Below, piece by piece: positions 13,430-25,881 of a stretch of 64,000 nt of DNA. The stretch lies in NCBI RefSeq assembly GCF_003918875.1, contig NW_025767333.1:1-64000 (forward strand), read 5' to 3'. This stretch comes from Haliotis rubra. Lineage: Eukaryota. The notes under the pieces are model-generated. The model ran no database searches. It saw only the letters and a list, made by a program, of their open reading frames with translations, and was not told the DNA's origin. Positions within the stretch are counted from its first letter, which is position 1, and each line of letters opens with the position of its first letter. Both the position numbers and the translations under genes were made by a program.

Positions 13430-16400
13430 GCCATTCCTGAATATATTTGATTAAACTATCTGAGCCATTGCTGTATATATTTGATAAAACTATCTGAAAC
13501 ATTTCTGTATATATTTGATTAGACCATCTGAACCATCACTGTATATATTTGATAAGACCATCTGAACCATTAATGTATATATTTGATAAGACTATCTGAA
13601 CAATCACTGCATATATTTGACAAGACTATCTGAACCAGTAATGCATATATTTGACAAGACTATCTGAACCAGTAATGCATAAATTTGATAAGACTATGTG
13701 AACCATTACTGCATATATTTGACAAGACTAACTAAGCCATTACTGTAGATATTTGATAACAATATCTGAACCATTACTGTATATATTTGAGAAAATTATC
13801 ATGTATTTGATAAGACCATCTGAACCATTACTGTATATATTTGACAAGAATGTGTGAACCATTACTGCATATATTTGACAAGACTAACTAAGCCATTACT
13901 GTAGATATTTGATAACAATATCTGAACCATTACTGTATATATTTGAGAAAACTATCATGTATTTGATAAGACCATCAGAACCATTACTGTATATATTTGA
14001 CAAGACTGTGTGAACCATTACTGCATATATTTGTCAAAACTGCCTGAACCATTACTGTATATATTTGAGAAAACTATCATGTATTTATTAAGACTATCTG
14101 AACCATTACTGCATATATTTGATGAGACTATCTGAACGATTACTGTATATATTTGATAAGACTATCTGAACCATTACTGCATATATTTGATAAGACCATC
14201 TGAACCATTACTGCATATATTTGACAAGACCATCTGAACCATTACTGCATATATTTGATAAGACTAACTGAACAATCACTGTATATATTTGATAAGACGA
14301 TCTAAACCATCACTATATATGTTTGACAAGACTGTGTGAACCATTACTTTAGATATTTGATAATACTGTCTGAACCATTACTGCATATATTTCACAGACT
14401 ATCTGAACCATTCCTGAATATATTTGATTAAACTATCTGAGCCATTGCTGTATATATTTGATAAAACTATCTGAACCATTTCTGTATACATTTGATAAGA
14501 CCATCTGAACCATTACTGTATATATTTGATAAGACCATCTGAACCATTACTGTATATATTTGATAAGACTATCTGAACAATCACTGCATATATTTGACAA
14601 GACTATCTGAACCAGTAATGCATATATTTGACAAGACTATCTGAACCAGTAATGCATAAATTTGATAAGACTATGTGAACCATTACTGCATATATTTGAC
14701 AAGACTAACTAAGACTATCTATCTGAACCATTACTGTATGTATTTGATAAGACTATCTGAACCATTACTGTATATATTTGATAAGACTATCTGAACCATT
14801 TACTGTAGATATTTGATAACATATAACCATTACTGTACTATCATGTATTTGATATCAGAACCATTACTGTATATATTTGACAAGACTATCTGAACCATTG
14901 TATATATTTGAGAAAACTATCATGTATTTATTAAGACTATCTGAACCATTACTGCATATATTTGATGAGACTATCTGAACATTACTGTATATTTTGATAA
15001 GACTATCTCGATCATATATTTGAACCATTGCACTGCATATATTTGACAAGACCATCTGAACCATTACTGCATATATTTGACAAGACTAACTGATCTGAAC
15101 CATTACTGCATATATTTGATAAGACTAACTGAACAATCACTGTATATCTTTGATATAGACTATCTGATCTAAACCATCACTGTATATGTTTCACCATTAC
15201 TGACTGTGTGAACCATTACTTTAGATATTCTGATAATACTGTCTGAACCATTACTGCATATATTTCACAGACTATCTGAACCATTATATTTGTATATTTG
15301 ATATTTGACTGAACTATCTTGAACCATTACTGCAAATTTGATAAGACTATCTGAACCATTAAACTGTATATGTTTGACAAGACTTTGATTAAGACCATCT
15401 GAACCATTACTGCTGTATTTCACAGACTATTTGATATATTTGATAAAACTATCTGAACCATTACTGCATATATTTGATAAGACTAACCTGCATATTTGAT
15501 AAGACTAACCTGCATATATTTGATAAGACTAACTGAACAGTCACTGTATATATTTGATAAGACCATCTAAACCATCACTGTATATGTTCGACAAGACTTC
15601 CTGAACCATTACTGCATATATTTGACAAGAATATCTGAACCATTACTGCATATATTTGACAAGACTCTCTGAACCAGTAATGCATAAATTTGATAAGACT
15701 ATGTGAACCATTACTGCATATATTTGAGAAAACTATCATGTATTTGATAAGACCATCTGAACCATTACTGTATATATTTGACAAGACTGTGTGAACCATT
15801 ACTGCATATATTAAATAAGACCATCTGAACCATTACTGTACATATTTGAGAAAACTATCATGTATTTAATAAGACTATCTGAACCATTACTGCATATATT
15901 TGATGAGACTATCTGAACAATTACTGCATATATTTGATAAGACCATTTGAACCATTTCTGCATATATTTGACAAGGCCATCTGAACCATTACTGCATATA
16001 TTTGATAAGACTAACTGAATAATCACTGTATATATTTGATAAGATCATCGATCATCTAAACCATCACCGTATATGTTTGACAAGGCTGTGTGAACCATTA
16101 CTTTAGCTATTTCACAGACTATCTGAACCATTACAGTATATATTTGACAAAACTATCTGAACCATTACTGCATATATTTGATAAGACCATTTGAACCATT
16201 ACTGTATATATTTGATAAACTATCTGAATCATTACTGCATATATTTGATAAACTATCTGAACCATTACTGTATATATTTGACAAGAACATCTGAACCATT
16301 ACTGCATATATTTGATAAGACTAACTGAATAATCACTGTATATATTTGATAAGACCATCTAAACCATCACTGTATATGTTTGACAAGACTGTGTGAACCA

Positions 16401-17330
16401 TTACTTTAGATATTTCACAGACTATCTGAACCATTACTGCATATATTTGACAAAACTGCCTGAACCATTACTGTATATATTTGATAAGACTATCTGAACC
16501 ATTACTGCATATATTTGATAAGACTATCTGAATCATTAGTGCATATATTTAACACGACCATTTGAACCATTACTGTAGATATTTGACAAGACTATCTGAA
16601 CCATTACTGTATATATTTGATAAGAACATCTCAACCATTACTGTATATATTTGATAAGACTATCTGAGCCATTACTGTATATATTTGATAAGACTATCTG
16701 AGCCATCACTGTATATATTTGACAAGACTATCTGAACTATTACTGCACATATTTGACAAGACTATCTGAACCGTTACTGCATATATTTGACAAGACTATC
16801 TGAACCATTACTGTATAAATTTGATAAGAACATCTCAACCATTACTGTATATATTTGATAAGACCATCTGAACCATTACTGTATATATTTGATAAACTAT
16901 CTGAACCATTACTGCATATATTTGGTAAACTATCTGAACCATTACTGTATATATTTGATAAGAACATCTGAACCATTACTGCATATATTTGTCAAAACTG
17001 CCTGAACCATTACTGTATATATTTGATAAGACTATCTGAATCATTAGTGCATATATTTGACACGACCATTTGAACCATTACTGTACATATTTGATAAGAC
17101 TGCCTGAACCATTACTGTATATATTTGACAAGACCATCTCAACCATAACTGTACATATTTGACAAGACTGCCTGAACCATTACTGCATATATTTGAGAAA
17201 ACCGTCTGAACCATTACAGTATATATTTGACAAGACTATCTGAACCATTGCTGTATATATTTGATGAGACCATCTGAACCATTACTGTATATATTTGATT
17301 AGATTATCTAAGCCATTACTGTATATATAT
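13430..17330. repeat. 34-bp AT-rich minisatellite (~3.9 kb), followed by (TA)n
   Basis: Unit actatctgaaccattactg(t/c)atatatttga(t/c)aag; (TA)n at ~17340-17375. Confidence 0.95.
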
Positions 17331-17337
17331 TACTTGT

Positions 17338-17376
<39 letters not shown>

Positions 17377-18279
17377 CTGTCTAATCTATTATTGAATAGC
17401 AGTGTTTGAGAGGAAAGTACGAATGATCACTGCATATATTTTATGTAACTATTTAGTCCATTATTGTTTACCAGTATTTGAGAGGTAAATAGGTGCCATC
17501 ACTGAGTATATTTTATGTAACTATCAAATTTCTTGTTGTATACCAGTATTTGAGAGGAAAATAGGACTCGTTACTGTTTATGTTTTATGTAACTATCAAA
17601 CTTCTAGTCGCCAGTCAACAAAGTTATATACTGTTATCATATAGCTGGGTGATGGCCGGGGGAAGGACATGTTTGTCTCTATGATCTCTGATATAATGTA
17701 TCTACTCACAGGGACAGAACATATTGTTAGTCAGCTGAGACAAGAGACACACATGAACATGTGTACATGTGCCCTATCTGAATAAGTGTCTACCACACAC
17801 ACATTAGATCTTTCTTCTAGCTGGTTATTTAGAAAGTTGGCCCCTTTGAGTATAACATCTTCTGGGATCTGAATCCCCAGGTTTATTCAGTGATCATACA
17901 GTGTAATGTTTAACTGCTCCTGACAATTTCTTTCACAAATGTTACCAAAAGTTCATTTTTTGTTGTCAGATGGCCAAGTCAGGTAGTGATGTTGAGTCTA
18001 ATGTCTCAAATCCCATATGAGTCAAAATGTTGTAGTTAATACCCAGGATTAAATGACAGCAGGTTTCAGGTGCTGATAAATTGGTTTGAAAGTGAAATAA
18101 GAACTGCACCTTGAGCATGTACTAGTGGATATGTGTACTATATAAATATCCTATAATATGATTATTATTGCAGTTATTTACAGTTGGTATACATGTATAT
18201 ATGTACACGTATGACACTTACGATTGTATCTATATTCAGTGTAATGTAAAACTGGCAATATGCTCCCAGTTACCCCCAT

Positions 18280-18392
18280 TGCCCTGATGAAGGAGTTAGA
18301 ATATACTCCGAAACTTTGTGTTCCTCAAATAAAGAAACTGACATCCGTTAATTCTTGCTTTTATGTGTATCACTTCTAAATGCCTTTCAAAG
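18280..18392 (+). ncRNA. Degenerate minimal hammerhead-ribozyme-like motif, probably from a Penelope-like element terminal repeat
   Basis: CTGATGA (18284-18290), a-GGAGT/ACTCC stem II, GAAA (18310-18313), then AATAAA at 18328. Stem III and the cleavage triplet are not canonical. Confidence 0.45.
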
Positions 18393-18614
18393 AGTGTGTG
18401 AGTGAGTTTAGTTTTACGCCGCTTTCAGCAATATTCCACATGTAAATAATTGAGTCTGGACCAGACAATCCAGTGATCAACAGCATGAGCATCGATCTGT
18501 GCAATACGGATACAATGACATGTCTCAACCAAGTCAGCGAGTCTGACTACCCGATCGCCTCTTATGACAAGCATTGGTTACTGAAGATCAATTCTAACCC
18601 GAATCTACATGGGT
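18392..18614 (-). mobile_element. SINE-like repeat family A, near full length
   Basis: Reverse complement of 61049-61297, with small deletions and a (GAGT)n tail. Confidence 0.9.
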
Positions 18615-19119
18615 ATCGTTCAAAGACTTAGATGTACTTTGTCGCGCCATTACTGTTAACGTACGAAATATCCATCTTGTTGGATCGACATCTGTAAATA
18701 TGGTTACCGGTAGCTAATACCAAGTGAGAAATGTTTTTGTTTTTCAAAAATTGTAAAAATAAAGTTAAAACATCGTCCACTGTTTCATCTCCATACTTCC
18801 CCGTGTATTTGTGATGAGTTACCATGGTTGTGGGTGTAATCGTGCCCCTTCAATCTTTTGTCAGTGATTTGATCTAACACTGGGAAAAACAATACTTCTG
18901 TTATACCACAGAGTGGCAACGTTCTGTCTTACACTGAAACTAGTCAATCTTCACCAGTTATCTACTACTAAAGAAGAAGTTAAGGATAACCCAACTATCC
19001 TCATCCATATCTCTCATCACCATAGTCAATCTTTCATGCCATGATATATGAACTATAGCAATATGAAAGAATCCTTTCAGTGGTATGTTTTACAAATAAA
19101 AGGTACTGAGAGGTATTTC

Positions 19120-19260
19120 TGTCCCTAAATCCCCACCAGGCAGTCTTGTCATCCAGACAATCCAAACAACACAAGACCACAATAAGAATCCCTAAATCCC
19201 CCTAAAGCAGTCTTGTCATCCAGAGAATCCAAACAACACAAGACCACAATAAGAATCTCT
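19120..19260. repeat. ~67-bp direct duplication
   Basis: ccctaaatcccc...gcagtcttgtcatccaga.aatccaaacaacacaagaccacaataagaat occurs twice. Confidence 0.9.
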
Positions 19261-19359
19261 AGTGTTTCCCACTGATATGGCAATGTCCCCCGCCACTATA
19301 GAATGGAATATCTATATTTACTACTTTAATTTTTTTGGGTCACATACAAGATGCTTTAA

Positions 19360-19800
19360 ATGACTGGTGTCTGCATAATCACCCAATGTTGGCTGTCGAC
19401 ATAATTGAAAACATTGGGTGCAATATTTTATGAGATATCGCGTTTAAATAAGTTTGAAAAGTGGTCAAAGTGTCGTGGTGACCTTGAAGATAAGGCCAAG
19501 GTCACCTAAATCAACTGGTGTCTGCATAATCCCTTAATGTAGGCTGTCACCAAATTTGAAGACATTGGGTACAACAGTCCATGAGATGTCGCATTAACAA
19601 GAGCTTGAAAAGTGTTCAGAGTGCCGTGGTGACCTTGAAGATAAGGTCAAGGTCACCCAAATCGACTGGTGTCTGGGAAATCCCCTAATGTAGGCTGTCA
19701 CCAAATTTGAAGATATTGGACACAACAGTGCATGTGATATCACGTTAAAACAGTTTGAAAAGTGTTCAGAGTGCCGTGGTGATCTTGAAGATAATGTCAA
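19360..19800. repeat. ~150-bp tandem repeat, 3 copies
   Basis: Each unit contains gactggtgtctg...tttgaaaagtg.tca.agtg.cgtggtgaccttgaagataaggtcaaggtcacc. Confidence 0.85.
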
Positions 19801-19818
19801 AAAAGTCCTTTTTCTTTT

Positions 19819-19958
19819 CTATGCATGTTTGTTTCTTTTGTACAGGTCTTGTACTTTCTCAGTCATATGAACTGTCACCTTGTCGCTTGCTCTGTTTACG
19901 TTACGTTTGTGGCGTGTCTGCAGGTAGCGTTTCTGATGAGCCAATATAGGGAACAATT
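19819..19958 (-). CDS. drosha: Drosha (ribonuclease 3), last coding exon
   Basis: Acceptor ttttacAG, phase 1. Reads (E)LFPILAHQKRYLQTRHKRNVNRASDKVTVHMTEKVQDLYKRNKHA-TAG, matching the Drosha post-dsRBD F-P-x-x-x-H-Q-K-R motif. Confidence 0.85.
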
Positions 19959-20394
19959 CTGTAAAACAAAAAAGGATTTACAAAGATAGACAAGGCTAAG
20001 AATCTGCGATCAATGCAGGCAAGATTTTTAGGATTTACCACAAGAACCATTTCAATATTTTGCATGTGTGTTCAACATATTACACAATACCATCCAGAAT
20101 ATGGTAACACACAAAATACTGGCTTGGATATGATGAATAAAGTTACAGGGCTTCAGTATAGATTTATAGACATTATCCACTTACGTATATGTAACAGGTG
20201 GTGTCATGAAATATCTCAAGCATCGTACAATTATATTCAGAGCTGTCTCCAATACTTGCTAATTTCACAATAGGTTCACAGACACAGATGATGTGGGATG
20301 AACTTGAGGATGCTAAATGGGACTAAGCCTCACTAGTTCTCAATCTGAGCAAGTTTGATTCCAGTCATTTAAAACCCACCAAACATACAATGAC

Positions 20395-21430
20395 CCACAC
20401 TGCCAGACAGGTCACACAACCAGACAGGTCACACAGCCAGACAGGTCACATTGTCAGACAGGTCACACACCCAGACAGGTAACATTGTCAGACTGGTCAC
20501 ATTTTCAGACTGGTCACACAACCAGACAGGTAACATTGTCAGACTGGTTACACAACCAGATAGGTCACATTGTCAGACTGGGCACACAACCAGACAGGTC
20601 ACACAACCAGACAGGACACATTGTCAGACTGGTCACACAACCAGACAGGTCACATTGTCAGACTGGTCACACAACCAGACAGGTCACATTGTCAGACTGG
20701 TCACACAACCAGACTGGTCACATAGTCAGACTGGTCAGACTGGTCACACAACCAGACAGGTCACATTGTCAGACAGGTCACATTATCAGACAGGTCACAC
20801 AACCAGACTGGTCACATTGTCAGACTGGTCACAAAACCAGACAGGTCACACAACCAGACAGGTTACACTGGTCACATACCAAGTCAGGCCACACTGTCAG
20901 ACTGGTCACACAACCACACAACCAGACAGGTCACAATGTCAGACTGGTCACAAAACCAGACAGGTCACATACCAAGTCAGGTCACACACCCAGACATGTC
21001 ACACAACCAGACAGGTCACACAACCAGACATGTCACACTGTCAGACTGGTCACAAAACCAGACAATTCACACTGTCAGATTGGTCACACTTTCAGACAGG
21101 TCACACTGTCAGACTGGTGACACAACTAGACAGGTCACACTTTCAGACAGGTCACACTGGTCACACAACCAGACAGGTCACACACCCAGTCAGGTCACAC
21201 TGTCAGACAGGTCACACTGTCGGACTGGTCACACTGTCAGACTGGTCACACTGTCAGACAGGTCACACTGTCAGGCCATCCTTGGGGGAACATAGGGACG
21301 ACAGAGAACACACAGCTTTCATTACCTGCTCTGTTCTGTAAGTCACACTGTCAGACAGGTCACACAACCAGACAGGTCAGACTGGTCACACTGTGAGACA
21401 GGTCACACTGTCAGTCAGGTCATACTGTCA
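20395..21430. repeat. 17-bp minisatellite in the last Drosha intron
   Basis: Units cagac(a/t)ggtcacacaac and cagac(a/t)ggtcacactgt. Confidence 0.95.
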
Positions 21431-21472
21431 GGCCATCCTTGGGGGAACATAGGGACGACAGAGAACACACAG

Positions 21473-21613
21473 CTGTTCTGTAAAGCATTTGTGGCAGCCT
21501 TCATCTCTGCCCGCTGTATGCTGTGCCCCATGCCAGTGGCTAGCCGCTCACCCTGGAAGTACACTGCCACCACGTACTGCCTTGTGTTGGTCGGACCACG
21601 GGACTCTATGACC
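21473..21613 (-). CDS. drosha: Drosha penultimate coding exon (dsRBD C-terminal half); splice donor missing at its expected position
   Basis: Acceptor ttccacAG. Reads (K)VIESRGPTNTRQYVVAVYFQGERLATGMGHSIQRAEMKAATNALQN, the Drosha dsRBD pattern GPxxxRxYxVAVYF...G.SIQ.AEM.AA..AL. Confidence 0.93.
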
Positions 21614-21929
21614 CTGTGGAAGAAATGTGATAATGTGATACATGGTCCAATTTAAACCTGATCACCTTCCTGATTCTTGGAGGGGTTGATTATGCACAAT
21701 ACCATAGATATCAACTGCAAAGAATTCCTCGTCATTCGGGTATACGCACTGAATGGAGTGTTCTCTGGAGCCTGCCAAAGCTTAGAGATCCGGCAACACT
21801 TGCCTATTTAAGTATGGCTGGCTCTCTTATTCATTTAACACTTACTGATAGGGTTAGACAACACTTACTTGTAGACAGGAATGTCTGGCTCTCCACCATC
21901 CAGCTCTCTCAACGTTAGACAACACTTAC

Positions 21930-22036
21930 TTGTAGACAGGAATGTCTGGCTCTCCACCATCCAGCTCTCTCAGGGTTAGACAACACTGTTGTAACTGAGC
22001 TTTCGGGTCTTTCCAGTCCTGATCCATGATGAACAT
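21930..22036 (-). CDS. drosha: Drosha exon (RIIIDb-dsRBD junction)
   Basis: ttccAG|MFIMDQDWKDPKAQLQQCCLTLRELDGGEPDIPVYK|GTAAGT (107 nt, phase 0 to 2). QDW.DPK.QLQQCCLTLR...EPDIP.YK is diagnostic for Drosha, and the phase joins the exon starting at 21613. Confidence 0.95.
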
Positions 22037-22067
22037 CTGGAAGAGACATTTGTGTTGGTTGACATCA

Positions 22068-22285
22068 TATCTCATTTACAACCTCTAGATGAGACAAATC
22101 TCACTTGCAACCTCTAGATGAGATATGTCTAACTTACAACCTCTGGATGAGATATATCTCACTTACAACCCCTGGATGAGATATATCTCACTTACAACCT
22201 CTGGATGAGACATATTTCACCAACAACCCCTGGTTGAGACATATCTCACTTACAACCTCTGGATGAGACATATCTAACTTACAAG
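22068..22285. repeat. 29-bp minisatellite, ~7 copies
   Basis: Unit acaacctctggatgagatatatctcactt. Confidence 0.9.
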
Positions 22286-22483
22286 AATATATTTCCTGAT
22301 AAAACTTAAGACTACTGCCAGATACACCTTATCTTCATTTTTGTGTATCGGTTGTGGAGAGAATGATCCGTGCAAGGTAACACAGTTGAAGACAGTCTGA
22401 TAGCATGGCTGTGGACTGGCCTCATGTATACAGGTATATCAGATACACAGGGCTACTGAGAATCTGGATACCTAGAACATGAT

Positions 22484-23288
22484 AGTAGTATTGTAGGTGG
22501 GAACAGACGGTCCTTTTGGTTGAGGGAGGTTGAGGGAAGGGTAAGGAAATGGATTGGCTGATGTAAGTCACGTGATCATAGCTGATAGGTAAATATAGAC
22601 AGCACGTCACAGGTCAGGAAAGTTCAATGAAAGGTGTGGGTGTTTTAAGGCAGTCGTGCAGAAAACTCTTCATTAAGCGAGAAAAACAAACAAAAGCAAA
22701 GTGTCCTGAATAGAGCTATGTATAGCATCCTGCCCTGAATAGACAGACAGACAGTACCCGTCAGCCCGGTTTTGAATTGAGCGCGGTTGACCACTCACGT
22801 GACTCCATCGTTTTAAATAGCCCGCGCTCGACAGAGCGTGCGACCTGTTTTGATGAATGTAGGGTGTGTGTTGAAAGTACATCGTATCACAATAGAGACG
22901 GGTTGTGTCAACATGGTTCGGAGACGGAATCTTCGAGTCATGTAAAATGTAGTTGAAAAACATTTCATACAGAACGCGTCCTGTACAAGTATAACACCAT
23001 CAAAGTAATGGAAAGTCGGTGTAGGTTTATATGTTATTTCATACTAGTTTTTTTTTTCCATCCAAATATAGCGTGATGAGAAATAAATGATTTTGAGCCA
23101 TGTACACTACTGGATACATTTTTAATTTTACTAGACAGCGAGATGTTTGAAAAAAGAGGCTTGAAATACACATGGATAGAAGCATATCAATATCATATAG
23201 CACACGTATAATACCATGAAAGTCACATCATTTGGAGAGAGACGAAAGAAATAGAAATGTAGAGGCTAGGAATCTGCTTATTGAAACA
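22484..23288 (+). repeat. Polinton left terminal inverted repeat (~805 bp)
   Basis: Reverse complement of 38816-39623 with scattered substitutions. Begins agtagtattgtaggtggg and contains CACGTG boxes and an inverted CCAAT. Confidence 0.95.
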
Positions 23289-23476
23289 GTTCTGTCCTGC
23301 CCTGTTCAGACAGAGAACAGATTTTAGAAATTTAGGACGTGACACCCTCCCACCTCATCATTTCCAAATGCGTAAACTGTGTTAGCTCATATAAAATAAA
23401 GATAGTTATACCTCAGTCCCAAAAAAGAACTCGCAAAATATCAGTGACATTTTGAAAATAACTAAATCCAGCTTCA

Positions 23477-23728
23477 GTTGTAGATAGCATCACATTATAG
23501 GCAACGTGATCAGACTGAAAAACCATAGTTCACAAAGTATACTCAGTACTCAAGGAGGACGACATGCATGACTGAACAGCCAATGCAACAGGCAGGTGTG
23601 TGTACTGAGGGCTGTGAAGGAAAAGGTTCAATGTCTTTTCCCGTGTGAGCATACATGGGTGGTCCCTATCCCAACCTGTCAGTCATGTCTACAGTGAGAT
23701 ACACAGACGCGTTGAATGGATAGTTATT
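23477..23728 (+). repeat. Inner inverted-repeat block (left copy)
   Basis: Reverse complement of ~37828-38093, e.g. gtatactcagtactcaaggaggacgacatgcatgactgaacag. Confidence 0.9.
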
Positions 23729-23934
23729 ATATGTCAATCATTCGTCAGAATAGTCCTATCAGACAAGTTTCAACACGTCTACGTCACGTGACCACACCCG
23801 CGATATATGAAACAGATTCGGTCGAATAGTGAATCATTTACAACATAGAAGTCTTCAGTACCACGCTGAATGCTTTTCACTTTGCTCAGTGTTATTGCTT
23901 ACTACCTAGAAGATCACATCTCTATCCTAGAGTT

Positions 23935-24438
23935 ATGGCAACGAGCAGTACAAGCCTATCTCAGGAACCCACAAAGCAAACAGTGGGTTCATCAGAAGAA
24001 CAGAGAGACGATCGAGAGAACATGTTTCATATCGGCAGTAGTCGGTATATCAAGACCACCCGTTGGAGTGGAGACTTGAAACTAGACCTTCGTCATTACG
24101 AATGGAGTGCTGAAGGTATACTCTATCCCACCAAAACAGGTATTTGTTTATCTCTCGATCAATGGGCGCAGCTGAAGGTTATTGAAAACACTGTCTCAGA
24201 CTCATTATCTCAAATCCTAAACAAAGAAGATTGTTCTGTCTGTCTACCGTTAAGCCGTAACGTTTTCCTAACCATGAATTCACCCAACAAAGTCGTGGAT
24301 ATACGGCAGTGGTGGCTACCCGATGGTGAATGAGAATTATAACCCACGCGTAAAGGCATGGCCCTTAAGCCGGAAGAATGGCCCCAGCTCCTCAAAGTCA
24401 GTGCTCTACTGGATGACTGTATAGCATACAATCCATGA
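23935..24438 (+). pseudogene. Tandem double PC4/Sub1-like ssDNA-binding domain protein (two in-frame stops in the second domain)
   Basis: Domain 1: FHIGSSRYIKTTRWSGDLKLDLRHYEWSAEGILYPTKTGICLSLDQWAQL, matching the PC4 pattern F.IG..RY.....G...D.R.Y.....G...P...GI.L..QW.QL. Domain 2: LSRNVFLTM...VVDIRQWWLPDGE*EL*PTRKGMALKPEEWPQL, in frame to TGA at 24436-24438. Confidence 0.85.
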
Positions 24439-24611
24439 AGTATGTGTAAGTTATAGTGAACTCAAATAAGCTACAGAAAGTTATGTTTTAGACATAGACT
24501 GTTTATGGTATTGTATCAATTATCCACAATACCACGCTTTGAGATAACAGTGGATTGAACTCGGCAATGTTATAATATAAGCGATGAACCATCAACGATC
24601 GCTTCATAAGA

Positions 24612-24872
24612 ATGGAGGAGCACGTAGAGGCACAACCTCTCACTAGGAGTAGCTCTGGAGAGCCTTGGAGACTATTCGGTAGGAAGACAGCCAAGCCAGA
24701 AACTGTATTTTTCTCTCAAATTTTCATTATCTATATCGTAGTGATTACCTGCATCGTGAATTTATCTTTGGAAAAAGGAAACTCTAATCTTTGGACTGCA
24801 CTTTTAAGTTCCTCTCTCGGATATCTCCTTCCCAACCTGAGAATTAAGTCTCAACCGTCACGAGTTAGTTGA
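24612..24872 (+). CDS. Small Polinton protein with two predicted hydrophobic segments
   Basis: Segments VFFSQIFIIYIVVITCIVNLSL and LWTALLSSSLGYLLP; AT-rich TATA-like sequence upstream and AATAAA at ~24912. Confidence 0.7.
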   Translation: MEEHVEAQPLTRSSSGEPWRLFGRKTAKPETVFFSQIFIIYIVVITCIVNLSLEKGNSNLWTALLSSSLGYLLPNLRIKSQPSRVS

Positions 24873-25158
24873 ACAACACCTACAACAGACGTGTGTCGAC
24901 ATCAGATATCGAATAAACATTTAGGTGTACCCTATCCTAGAGCCATGCAAACGAGCAGCAGAAATCCATCTTTTGGATGACTGAAGAGCATTCAATCCAC
25001 AGGGTGTGAGTATGTTATAGCTGTGCTGCAGATGTTCTGAATATAGCAGATATAAAAAGTACACCACGCATAGCGAATCATTCAGGGATGAGACTTCCTT
25101 ACGAGTCGCACCCTTCCCTGCATGCTTGCCGAGAAAGAGAACTAGCATCCTATATAGA

Positions 25159-25343
25159 ATGTCGAGTGAAACAATGACTTCTTCACCTGGAAGTACGTGC
25201 AACGCGAACCCGATCGTATCCACAAAACAGTCGTTATACAGTCAACTCAGTGGTTTCAACATCGGGAAAACTGTATACAAGATGCCGAGACGAAAGTCCC
25301 CAACGAGGATAAGAAGTTAAAACGAGTCATCACTAAGAAGTAG
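25159..25343 (+). pseudogene. Small Polinton hypothetical protein (frameshift near start), possible paralog of 30890-31126
   Basis: Restored frame: MSSE..NDFFTWKYVQREPDRIHKTVVIQSTQWFQHRENCIQDAETKVPNEDKKLKRVITKK. Confidence 0.35.
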
Positions 25344-25386
25344 AATCTGTTGAAGTGACTGACTACATGTTGTCGTTACTGACTCT

Positions 25387-25725
25387 ATGTTATACCTTGG
25401 AACTATGTCAAATTATATATTGTGTTTTGGATTTATGTTTGAACAAACTGACAGTCAGTACCATACGTGTCAGGACTTGTCCGACCAACACAAAATACAC
25501 CAATACATGAACACAGCCTTAGACGAAGTGAATGACGATCGTGTGATCGATCAGTGGATTCGATTGATTCACGAAGATCCGAGCCTGAACAACGTGTCTT
25601 CCCATGTCATCTGTCAGTATCGGTGTAAGGACTATCTGGACACTCACTTTAAAACATGTGACTGGTTAAAAGACATACAAGACCGTGTATGGAAAATGTT
25701 GTATTTAGAAAGAGCATTCCGGTGA
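25387..25725 (+). CDS. Polinton hypothetical protein
   Basis: 112-aa ORF co-oriented with its neighbours and followed by AATAAA at ~25795; no recognised motif. Confidence 0.5.
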   Translation: MLYLGTMSNYILCFGFMFEQTDSQYHTCQDLSDQHKIHQYMNTALDEVNDDRVIDQWIRLIHEDPSLNNVSSHVICQYRCKDYLDTHFKTCDWLKDIQDRVWKMLYLERAFR

Positions 25726-25843
25726 ACGGTATGCTGTTGTGTATGATCCGAAGTAACATTTCGCAAGCTCTACACTCATGTTTGTCTTATATGTAATAAA
25801 ACGATAGTATTGTACATTTCACGGGTCTGTTATCATTGACGTG

Positions 25844-25881
25844 TATATAAAAGAGAGTAGGTCTACACGAGGTTTACAGTT
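25844..25881 (+). promoter_or_regulatory. TATA box plus initiator-like site for the integrase unit
   Basis: TATATAAAA at 25844, preceded by TGACGT; ACAGTT about 32 nt downstream; ATG at 25906. Confidence 0.55.

Noticed and set aside
14864-16026. Short minus-strand ORFs (SNICSNGSD...)
   Set aside because: Translations of the 34-bp satellite.
20451-21341. Three overlapping ORFs of 119-296 aa
   Set aside because: Translations of a 17-bp intronic minisatellite, open in several frames.
22673-22963. ORF in the left TIR and its mirror at 39140-39493
   Set aside because: Start, stop and frame differ between the two TIR copies; no motif.
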